The translations under genes were made by a program, and so were the position numbers. The notes under the pieces are model-generated. The model ran no database searches and was not told where the DNA came from. It saw only the letters and a program-made list of their open reading frames with translations. A stretch of DNA of 10,200 nt from an uncultured Thermococci archaeon (GTDB taxonomy: Archaea; Methanobacteriota_B; Thermococci; Thermococcales; Thermococcaceae). The DNA lies in NCBI GenBank assembly GCA_964487115.1, contig CAZAPD010000105.1, positions 1 through 10,200 of the forward strand. Reading direction: 5' to 3'. Shown here one piece after another: positions 1 through 6,464 of this stretch (its first letter is position 1; each line of letters starts with the position of its first letter).

Positions 1-1
1 A

Positions 2-51
2 TTTAAAAGCCCAACTTTTATAAACCCTCTCGCATCGCTATGCGAGGGTGA
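2..51 (+). promoter_or_regulatory. Putative promoter and RBS of the yhbY-rps19e unit
   Basis: TATA-like TTTAAAA (2-8) and TTTATAA (17-23); GGTGA Shine-Dalgarno at 47-51, 5 nt before ATG 57. Confidence 0.55.
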
Positions 52-56
52 GAGAG

Positions 57-473
57 ATGGAAAAACGTTTGCCAGGGAAGGTGAGAAGAGCCATTCGCGC
101 TAAATATCATGACATCGAGCCCAAAGCGTGGATTGGTAAGAAAGGTTTGGATGAGGGGGTAATTCACGAGATAAACACCCAGCTCAAAAAGGACGGCATC
201 TTAAAGGTTGAGATTAGGAAAGGTGCTCTAATTTCCACTGAAATGGAGAGAAAAGAAATAGCCGAGAAGGTGGCTGAACTAACGAACAGTGAGCTTATAG
301 ATATCAGAGGCAAAAGGTTTATATTGTTCAAGCCGAGAGAGGGTTGGGAAAAGTATTTAAGAAAGCTTAAGAGAAAAGAACTCTCAAAGGAGAAACGGGA
401 GGAGAAACCCGTTAAAAAGGTCAAGCTCGATATTGCTCAATTCAGGAAAAAGTTCAAGAAAGGGAGGGATTAA
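57..473 (+). CDS. yhbY: YhbY/CRM-domain RNA-binding protein with a Lys-rich C-terminal tail
   Basis: CRM motifs ([37 protein letters not shown]); position next to rps19e is typical of archaea. Start moved from GTG 48 to ATG 57 because GTG 48 lies inside the SD. Confidence 0.88.
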   Translation: MEKRLPGKVRRAIRAKYHDIEPKAWIGKKGLDEGVIHEINTQLKKDGILKVEIRKGALISTEMERKEIAEKVAELTNSELIDIRGKRFILFKPREGWEKYLRKLKRKELSKEKREEKPVKKVKLDIAQFRKKFKKGRD

Positions 474-475
474 GT

Positions 476-928
476 ATGGCGACAGTTTATGATGTTCCCG
501 GTGATTTGCTCGTTGAGAGGGTTGCTCAAAAGCTCAAGGAGATAGAGGCCATAAAACCCCCAGAATGGGCACCTTTTGTCAAAACCGGAAGGCATAGAGA
601 GCGCTTGCCCGAGCAGGAGGACTGGTGGTACCATAGGGTCGCCTCAATTTTCAGAAAAGTTTATATCGATGGACCGGTTGGCATTGAAAGGCTCCGCACA
701 TGGTATGGAGGCAGGAAGAATCGCGGACACGCTCCGGAGCACTTTTATAAGGGCAGCGGGTCAATAATAAGAAAAGCCCTTCAGCAGTTGGAGGCAGCGG
801 GCTTTATAACAAAGCTGCCCGGAGAGGGTAGAGTCGTTACTCCTCAGGGAAGGAGCTATCTCGATAAAATAGCCACGGAGCTCAAAAAAGAACTTGAAGA
901 ACAAATTCCAGAACTTAAGAAATACTGA
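476..928 (+). CDS. rps19e: 30S ribosomal protein S19e
   Basis: [56 protein letters not shown] are S19e family motifs; 150 aa. Confidence 0.98.
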   Translation: MATVYDVPGDLLVERVAQKLKEIEAIKPPEWAPFVKTGRHRERLPEQEDWWYHRVASIFRKVYIDGPVGIERLRTWYGGRKNRGHAPEHFYKGSGSIIRKALQQLEAAGFITKLPGEGRVVTPQGRSYLDKIATELKKELEEQIPELKKY

Positions 929-930
929 GC

Positions 931-949
931 TCTTTTATCACATTTCTTC
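931..949 (+). terminator. Possible pyrimidine/T-rich archaeal terminator after rps19e
   Basis: TCTTTTATCCACATTTCTT immediately after the stop codon. Confidence 0.35.
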
Positions 950-1010
950 CCAGCTTAATTCAGGATAGATTTTTAATCTGAATTCCCAAAAAATAATTCA
1001 GGTGATGAAA

Positions 1011-1349
1011 ATGGCGGAGGATATAGAAGAAATCAGGAAAAGGAAGCTCCTTGAGCTGCAAAAGAGGTTGGCAGAACAACAGAAAGCACAGGAAGAAGCC
1101 ATACGGCAAGAAATGGAGCTTGAAGCGCAGCTTGATGCCATAATGAGGCAAATACTGACACCTGACGCCAGAGAGAGGTTAGGAAGAGTTAAACTTGTTA
1201 AACCAGAACTGGCCAGACAGGTTGAGCTGATTTTAGTCCAGCTCTTTCAGGCGGGTCAGGTTAAAGAGAAAATTGATGATGCAAAGCTGAAGAGAATTCT
1301 CGCCCAAATAGATGCCAGAACCCGGAGGGAATACAGGATAAAATGGTAG
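1011..1349 (+). CDS. PDCD5/TFAR19-family DNA-binding protein
   Basis: ILTPDARERLGRVKLVKPELARQVE and KIDDAKLKRIL are PDCD5 signatures; SD GGTGA at 1001-1005 favours ATG 1011 (ATG 1005 is the alternative). Confidence 0.93.
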   Translation: MAEDIEEIRKRKLLELQKRLAEQQKAQEEAIRQEMELEAQLDAIMRQILTPDARERLGRVKLVKPELARQVELILVQLFQAGQVKEKIDDAKLKRILAQIDARTRREYRIKW

Positions 1350-1364
1350 CCTGAAGGGAGCAAC

Positions 1365-1631
1365 ATGGATATTAGAGAGATACTCCAGATTCTCAATGAA
1401 AAGGGAGAGGTTAGCAAGGATACTTGGAAGCCTCTATCAGTGAAAAAGAATAAAGACGGAACAGTTGACGTGCTCTACAAAAACAGGGTTATCGGAACTA
1501 ATGATGATCCAGTTTTTCTTTGGATTTATGCAAATATTGTTGAAGATGACGAGTTAGATGTCAAAGTTCTTGAGAGGATCACTTTTAAAAAAGAAGATAT
1601 AAAATGGATTCTCCGCTATGCTCAACCTTAA
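1365..1631 (+). CDS. Hypothetical protein (88 aa)
   Basis: ATG preceded by purine-rich GAAGGGAG; fills the gap between PDCD5 and tfb; Lys/Asp/Glu-rich composition typical of the host; no family recognised. Confidence 0.75.
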   Translation: MDIREILQILNEKGEVSKDTWKPLSVKKNKDGTVDVLYKNRVIGTNDDPVFLWIYANIVEDDELDVKVLERITFKKEDIKWILRYAQP

Positions 1632-1633
1632 CC

Positions 1634-1680
1634 TTTATATACCATAAAATTTTTAAAGGTATCCGCATGCGGGGGTGAGG
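1634..1680 (+). promoter_or_regulatory. Putative tfb promoter and RBS
   Basis: TTTATATA (1634-1641), AAAATTTTTAAA (1646-1657) and SD GGGGGTGAGG (1671-1680) before GTG 1683. Confidence 0.55.
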
Positions 1681-1682
1681 AA

Positions 1683-2582
1683 GTGGATAAGCGTAGAGTT
1701 TGCCCTGTTTGCGGCTCAACTGAGTTCATTTATGACCCTGGAAGGGGCGAAATCATCTGTACAAAGTGTGGTTTTGTCATTGAGGAAAACGTCATAGATA
1801 CCGGTCCTGAATGGCGTGCTTTTGATGCTTCCCAGAGAGAGAAGCGTTCCAGAACTGGGGCTCCTGAGAGCATTCTCCTTCATGATAAAGGTCTTTCAAC
1901 GGATATAGGAATTGATAGAAGCCTCACAGGTCTGATGAGAGAAAAGATGTATCGCCTGAGAAAGTGGCAGAGCCGTTTAAGGGTCAGTGATGCTGCCGAG
2001 CGTAATTTAGCCTTTGCCCTTAGCGAGCTCGACAGAATTGCTTCACAGCTCAAGCTTCCAAAACATGTGGAGGAAGAGGCCGCAAGACTTTATAGAGAAG
2101 CTGTAAGAAAAGGTCTTATCAGGGGAAGGTCAATTGAAAGCGTTATTGCTGCCTGTGTTTATGCAGCGTGCAGACTGTTGAAGATTCCAAGAACTCTGGA
2201 TGAAATAACTGAAATCTCCAGAGTTGATAAGAAGGAAATTGGACGAAGTTTCAGATTTATCGCGAGAAACCTCAATTTAACTCCAAAAAAACTCTTTGTT
2301 AAGCCGACAGATTATGTAAATAAATTTGCTGATGAGCTTGGTCTGAGTGAAAAGGTTAGGCGGAAAGCTATTGAGTTGTTGGATGAAGCCTATGACAAAG
2401 GGCTCACGAGTGGTAAAAGTCCTGCTGGATTAGTTGCTGCTGCTCTCTACATAGCTGGCCTGCTTGAAGGGGAAAAGAGAACCCAGAGAGAAGTTGCTGA
2501 AGTTGCGAGAGTCACCGAAGTCACAGTAAGAAATAGGTATAAGGAGCTCGTTGACAAGCTCAAGCTGAAGATACCTATGTGA
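1683..2582 (+). CDS. tfb: Transcription initiation factor IIB (TFB)
   Basis: Zn ribbon CPVC...CTKC, B-reader GPEWRAF, two cyclin repeats (GLIRGRSIE, GLTSGKSPAG), C-terminal TEVTVRNRYKEL. Confidence 0.98.
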   Translation: MDKRRVCPVCGSTEFIYDPGRGEIICTKCGFVIEENVIDTGPEWRAFDASQREKRSRTGAPESILLHDKGLSTDIGIDRSLTGLMREKMYRLRKWQSRLRVSDAAERNLAFALSELDRIASQLKLPKHVEEEAARLYREAVRKGLIRGRSIESVIAACVYAACRLLKIPRTLDEITEISRVDKKEIGRSFRFIARNLNLTPKKLFVKPTDYVNKFADELGLSEKVRRKAIELLDEAYDKGLTSGKSPAGLVAAALYIAGLLEGEKRTQREVAEVARVTEVTVRNRYKELVDKLKLKIPM

Positions 2583-2583
2583 T

Positions 2584-3609
2584 TTACTTTTTCATAAACC
2601 AGCTCTCAAGGGTTGACTGCCTGCTGGCTTTTATTGCTTTTTTAAGTCTTTCAAGACCGTTGAGAACCCTTGACTCGCTGAAGTCATGCTCATCACACAG
2701 GAATCTGATTATTCCTTCTTCATCAGGCATCTTCCATTCAAGCCTAAAATCATCTGTTACTGGAGGATTCAGGAAAAACTCCTTTATCGCGTAGAGATCA
2801 ACCTCACTCTCCTTCTGGTATTTTTTCAGAGGATCCTTTGACCGCTTCACAATCTCAAGAGCCTTCTTCGGCCCTATACCTTTTATCCCTCCAGGATTAT
2901 AGTCAGTCCCAACGAGGATTGCCATTTCAATGAGCTTTTCCCTGTCTATACCGAGCTCTTTTAGAGATCCCTCAAGGGTTATGAGTTCAGGTCTAACCTC
3001 CACATAAACATCCTTTCCCGGAAGTTTCCTCCGCCCTGTTATCGTGAGATTTCTGACCAGCCGAGGAGCACCAAAGAGGAGCGAGTCATAATCCTGAGAT
3101 GCTGAAGCATAAGTTTTTCTCTTCATCGCCATATATGCCGCCTGAGCTTCTCCCTCACTTGGCGCCTGAATAACAGGAATCCCCATCAGACTCAGGAGTT
3201 GTTTGGCATCATTGATAAGCTGTTCGTTCACCCTGCTGGCTCTCTGGGCATATTTCTTCGCTTCCTCTAAGTCACCTCTGGCCAGAGCCTCTTCCCATTT
3301 TTCCTCCGCTTCTTCTCTCGCTTCTCTCCTCTTCTCAAGCTCTTTCTTTTTGAATTCTGGTGGCTCACCGTCAAAGACGTAAGCGGGCTTTATACCAGCT
3401 TCCATCAGATTGATAGTTCTATAGAACAGGCCGGAAAGATGAGAGGTTATCCTTCCCCTGGAATCCATTAAAGGCATCCCATCTCTCTGCCTTATTGTTG
3501 ACAGGAACTGATAAATGGCATTGAAGGCATCTATCGAAACTTTCCTACCGTAAAGATTCTCAAGTTCAATCTCTCTCCTTGGGATGAGCTCGCCTATCTG
3601 AACCCCCAT
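2584..3609 (-). CDS. fen: Flap endonuclease 1
   Basis: MGVQIGELI start, [57 protein letters not shown] and C-terminal PIP box QSTLESWF. Start placed at ATG 3609 with SD GGTGA just upstream. Confidence 0.98.
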   Translation of the reverse strand: MGVQIGELIPRREIELENLYGRKVSIDAFNAIYQFLSTIRQRDGMPLMDSRGRITSHLSGLFYRTINLMEAGIKPAYVFDGEPPEFKKKELEKRREAREEAEEKWEEALARGDLEEAKKYAQRASRVNEQLINDAKQLLSLMGIPVIQAPSEGEAQAAYMAMKRKTYASASQDYDSLLFGAPRLVRNLTITGRRKLPGKDVYVEVRPELITLEGSLKELGIDREKLIEMAILVGTDYNPGGIKGIGPKKALEIVKRSKDPLKKYQKESEVDLYAIKEFFLNPPVTDDFRLEWKMPDEEGIIRFLCDEHDFSESRVLNGLERLKKAIKASRQSTLESWFMKK

Positions 3610-3662
3610 TATATCACCCACCGTAATGTTTGATATGTTCCAAAATTCAAATAGGCACTGCG

Positions 3663-3678
3663 GGTTATAACATTTTCC
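3663..3678 (-). promoter_or_regulatory. Putative fen promoter (BRE + TATA)
   Basis: Minus strand reads GGAAAATG-TTATAA (TATA at 3665-3670). Confidence 0.5.
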
Positions 3679-3777
3679 AAGCTCGCTGGAGATAGAAAAC
3701 ACATTCAATTTTATCCTAAGGTTAAACTCTTATGGTTCATTTGACATATGCCGATATGGAGCTCGTCAAATCGAGAA

Positions 3778-3833
3778 GAGAAAAGTTATAACCTATTTTT
3801 CCGAAATAAAACTGTAAATTTCATCCGAGGTGA
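3778..3833 (+). promoter_or_regulatory. Putative acd promoter (BRE + TATA) and RBS
   Basis: GAGAAAAG-TTATAA (TATA at 3786-3791); SD GAGGTGA at 3827-3833. Confidence 0.6.
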
Positions 3834-3838
3834 TAAAA

Positions 3839-5227
3839 ATGGGTGTCGAGGCACTTTTTGAACCAAAGAGCATCGCTGTGATAGGAGCGTCTGAGAAGCC
3901 CGGAAAGATAGGATACGCGGTTATGAAAAACCTCGTGGAATATGGATATGAAGGGAAGATATACGCCGTTAATGTCAAGGGCGTCGAAATAAAGATAGGA
4001 AACAGAGTTTTTAAGGCATACAAGAGCATACTCGATGTTCCGGATGACGTCGATATGGCTGTTGTAGTTGTCCCGGCAAAATTTGTTCCACAGGTTGTCG
4101 AGGAATGCGGTCAGAAAGGCGTTAAAGTCCTTCCAATAATAACATCCGGCTTTGGTGAGCTTGGAGAGGAAGGAAAGAAGGTTGAAGAGCAGATAGTCGA
4201 GACAGCTCACAAATACGGAATGAGAATTCTCGGTCCGAATATTTTTGGCGTCGTTTACACTCCAAACAAAATAAACGCTACCTTCGGCCCAACCGATGTT
4301 ATGCCCGGAAGCTTAGCTTTAATCAGCCAAAGCGGGGCCCTTGGAATAGCCCTGATGGGATGGACAATCCTCGAAAAAGTAGGCCTCTCAGCAGTTGTCA
4401 GCATAGGAAACAAGAGTGACATTGATGATGCTGATCTGCTTGAGTACTTCAAAAAGGATGACAACACAAAGGCAATCCTCATTTACATGGAAGGCGTAAA
4501 GGATGGCAGAAAGTTCATGGAAACAGCCAAGGAGGTCAGCAAGAAGAAGCCTATCATCACCATCAAAGCAGGGAGAAGCGAGCGCGGTGCTAAAGCCGCA
4601 GCTTCACACACTGGATCACTCGCGGGTGCTGATAAGATATATGATGCCGCCTTCAAACAAAGCGGTGTCCTTCGTGCTCTCACAATTGGCGAGGCTTTTG
4701 ACTGGGCCAGAACTCTGAGCAATCTCCCGGAGCCAGAAGGAGAAAATGTTGTCATTCTCACAAACGGTGGTGGGATTGGAGTTATGGCTACAGATGCAGC
4801 CGAAGAAGAAGGACTGCACCTCTATGATAACCTCGAAGATTTAAAGCTCTTTGCCAATTACATGCCACCCTTCGGTTCCTACAAAAACCCCGTAGATCTC
4901 ACTGGTATGGCCGGAGCAGAAAGCTATGAAGGGGCTGTCAGAGCTGCCCTTGAAAATCCAAACATGCATGCTATAGCAGTTCTCTACTGTCAGACAGCTG
5001 TGCTTGACCCGAGAGATCTTGCAAAGCTTGTTATAAGAGAGTATAACGCAAGCGGTAAGAAGAAACCTCTTGTTGTTGCTATCGTTGGAGGCATTGAAGC
5101 TAAAGAGGCCATAGACCTGCTCAACGAGGAAGGTATTCCAGCCTATCCTGAGCCTGAGAGAGCCATAAAGGCATTATCAGCCCTCTACCGCTGGAGCAGA
5201 TGGAAGAACCGGCAGAAAACCGAGTAA
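3839..5227 (+). CDS. acdA: ADP-forming acetyl/acyl-CoA synthetase (acetate--CoA ligase) alpha subunit
   Basis: CoA-binding SIAVIGAS, RILGPN, ISQSGALG, IYMEG, phospho-His motif ASHTGSLAG, ILTNGGGIGV, NPVDLTG. ATG 3839 chosen by SD spacing. Probably an ACS I-type paralogue, but the paralogue is not certain. Confidence 0.93.
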   Translation: MGVEALFEPKSIAVIGASEKPGKIGYAVMKNLVEYGYEGKIYAVNVKGVEIKIGNRVFKAYKSILDVPDDVDMAVVVVPAKFVPQVVEECGQKGVKVLPIITSGFGELGEEGKKVEEQIVETAHKYGMRILGPNIFGVVYTPNKINATFGPTDVMPGSLALISQSGALGIALMGWTILEKVGLSAVVSIGNKSDIDDADLLEYFKKDDNTKAILIYMEGVKDGRKFMETAKEVSKKKPIITIKAGRSERGAKAAASHTGSLAGADKIYDAAFKQSGVLRALTIGEAFDWARTLSNLPEPEGENVVILTNGGGIGVMATDAAEEEGLHLYDNLEDLKLFANYMPPFGSYKNPVDLTGMAGAESYEGAVRAALENPNMHAIAVLYCQTAVLDPRDLAKLVIREYNASGKKKPLVVAIVGGIEAKEAIDLLNEEGIPAYPEPERAIKALSALYRWSRWKNRQKTE

Positions 5228-5230
5228 CCC

Positions 5231-5244
5231 CTTTTCTCTTTCAT
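5231..5244 (+). terminator. Probable T-rich terminator after acdA
   Basis: CTTTTCTCTTTCAT directly after the TAA stop. Confidence 0.45.
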
Positions 5245-5307
5245 CTTCCCTCCATGATCCAAGAATAGTTTTTAACTTTCGGGGGTCAAACCTCCTAAGG
5301 GATAACC

Positions 5308-6006
5308 ATGCTCATCGCCCTCATCTCTGACATACACTCAAACCTTGAAGCACTTCAAGCTGTTTGGAAGGAAATAAAGCACGCTGATGTAATCCTCTGC
5401 ATGGGCGATTTAGTCGGCTATGGTGCCTCTCCAGATGAAGTTGTTGAGTTCGTAAAGTCTCAGATGAAAAAACGGCTTTTTCTTTGCGTGCGCGGTAATC
5501 ACGACAATGCAATAGCTTTCGGAGTAGACTGGCATTTCAATCCCTATGCAAGGCAGGCAGTTAGATGGCACCAGCGCATCATGAAAAGCAAAAATCTTGA
5601 GTTCCTTAGAAAGCTCCCTGTTAGACAGATTTTCACAGATGATACTGGACGGAGTTATCTCCTGATTCACGGCTCCCCAAGGGCACCTCTTGATGAATAT
5701 CTATTCCCATGGTTTCCGGATAGTGAGTTTAAGGCTGTTCTCAGCTATATCAAACAGGACGACCTCATAGTGGGGCACACTCATATGCCAATGCTCGTAA
5801 AGATTGACGGAAGAAGGATCATCAACCCCGGTGGCGTGGGACAGCCAAGGGATGGAGACTGGAGGGCAGCGTATGCCATCATAGATACCGAGGTTGGCGA
5901 GATAATATTCAAAAGAGTTGAGTATGAAGTACAAGAAGCGGCACGGAAAATAATTGAGGCAGGTCTGCCGCGCTTTTTGGCAGATAGGCTCTATGATGGC
6001 TATTAA
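5308..6006 (+). CDS. Calcineurin-like metallophosphoesterase (YfcE/MJ0912-like)
   Basis: All five motifs present: SDIHSN, GDLVGYG, RGNHD, HGSP, GHTH, plus NPGGVGQPRDGD. Confidence 0.93.
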   Translation: MLIALISDIHSNLEALQAVWKEIKHADVILCMGDLVGYGASPDEVVEFVKSQMKKRLFLCVRGNHDNAIAFGVDWHFNPYARQAVRWHQRIMKSKNLEFLRKLPVRQIFTDDTGRSYLLIHGSPRAPLDEYLFPWFPDSEFKAVLSYIKQDDLIVGHTHMPMLVKIDGRRIINPGGVGQPRDGDWRAAYAIIDTEVGEIIFKRVEYEVQEAARKIIEAGLPRFLADRLYDGY

Positions 6007-6027
6007 CATTGAAATTAAAATAGAAAG

Positions 6028-6381
6028 TCACTCAAGCTCTCCTTCCATATCCATGTCCAATTCGGGCTCTGGTTCTTCCCTCGTACCAACAAGTTCTTTC
6101 ACTGTTCTGAGCCTTCTGAGTTTTGATTTCACTGCGAGCTTGTTCGAATCAATAATTATAACTTCTCCAATGCTCTTCACAGCGCTTACAGGGATCAGAA
6201 GGAGACCTTCATGATCAGTGACAAATTCACTTGTATCGAGATCCTCATCGGGCTCAGCGACTATCACAAGAATATCACCGGTTTCCTCATCCATACTGAG
6301 ATCATAAACCCAGCCGAGCCTTATGCCTGTATCCGTAATAAGCTCAACGTCCCTAAGCTTTGAGGCTCTTATCTTTACCAT
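6028..6381 (-). CDS. PRC-barrel domain protein with acidic tail
   Basis: RASKLRDVELITDTGIRLGWVYDLSMDEETG...LLIPVSAVKSIGEVIII fits the PRC-barrel pattern; SD GAGGTGG at 6387-6393 supports ATG 6381. Confidence 0.88.
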   Translation of the reverse strand: MVKIRASKLRDVELITDTGIRLGWVYDLSMDEETGDILVIVAEPDEDLDTSEFVTDHEGLLLIPVSAVKSIGEVIIIDSNKLAVKSKLRRLRTVKELVGTREEPEPELDMDMEGELE

Positions 6382-6427
6382 TTTTTCCACCTCTTGGTTT
6401 AATCGTGTAATCCTTTAAGCATTAATG

Positions 6428-6462
6428 TATAAAACTTTTTCCACTGAAAAACACAGAAAAAG
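6428..6462 (-). promoter_or_regulatory. T-tract after cdc48 followed by BRE/TATA for the PRC-barrel gene
   Basis: Minus strand reads CTTTTCTGTGTTTTT, then GGAAAAAG-TTTTATA (TATA at 6428-6434). Confidence 0.55.
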
Positions 6463-6464
6463 GG

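Noticed and set aside
1002..1008. GTGATGA resembling a C box of a C/D sRNA
   Set aside because: It is the SD plus an ATG of the PDCD5 gene, and there is no CTGA D box at a suitable distance
3612..3628. TATCAC-N5-GTAATG, partial TGM (Tgr/TrmBL1) motif
   Set aside because: The left half is simply the complement of the fen SD, and the right half has two mismatches
3610..3708. 33-aa N-terminal extension of FEN-1 in the ORF track
   Set aside because: FEN-1 begins at MGV (ATG 3609) with a good SD; the extension spans the promoter
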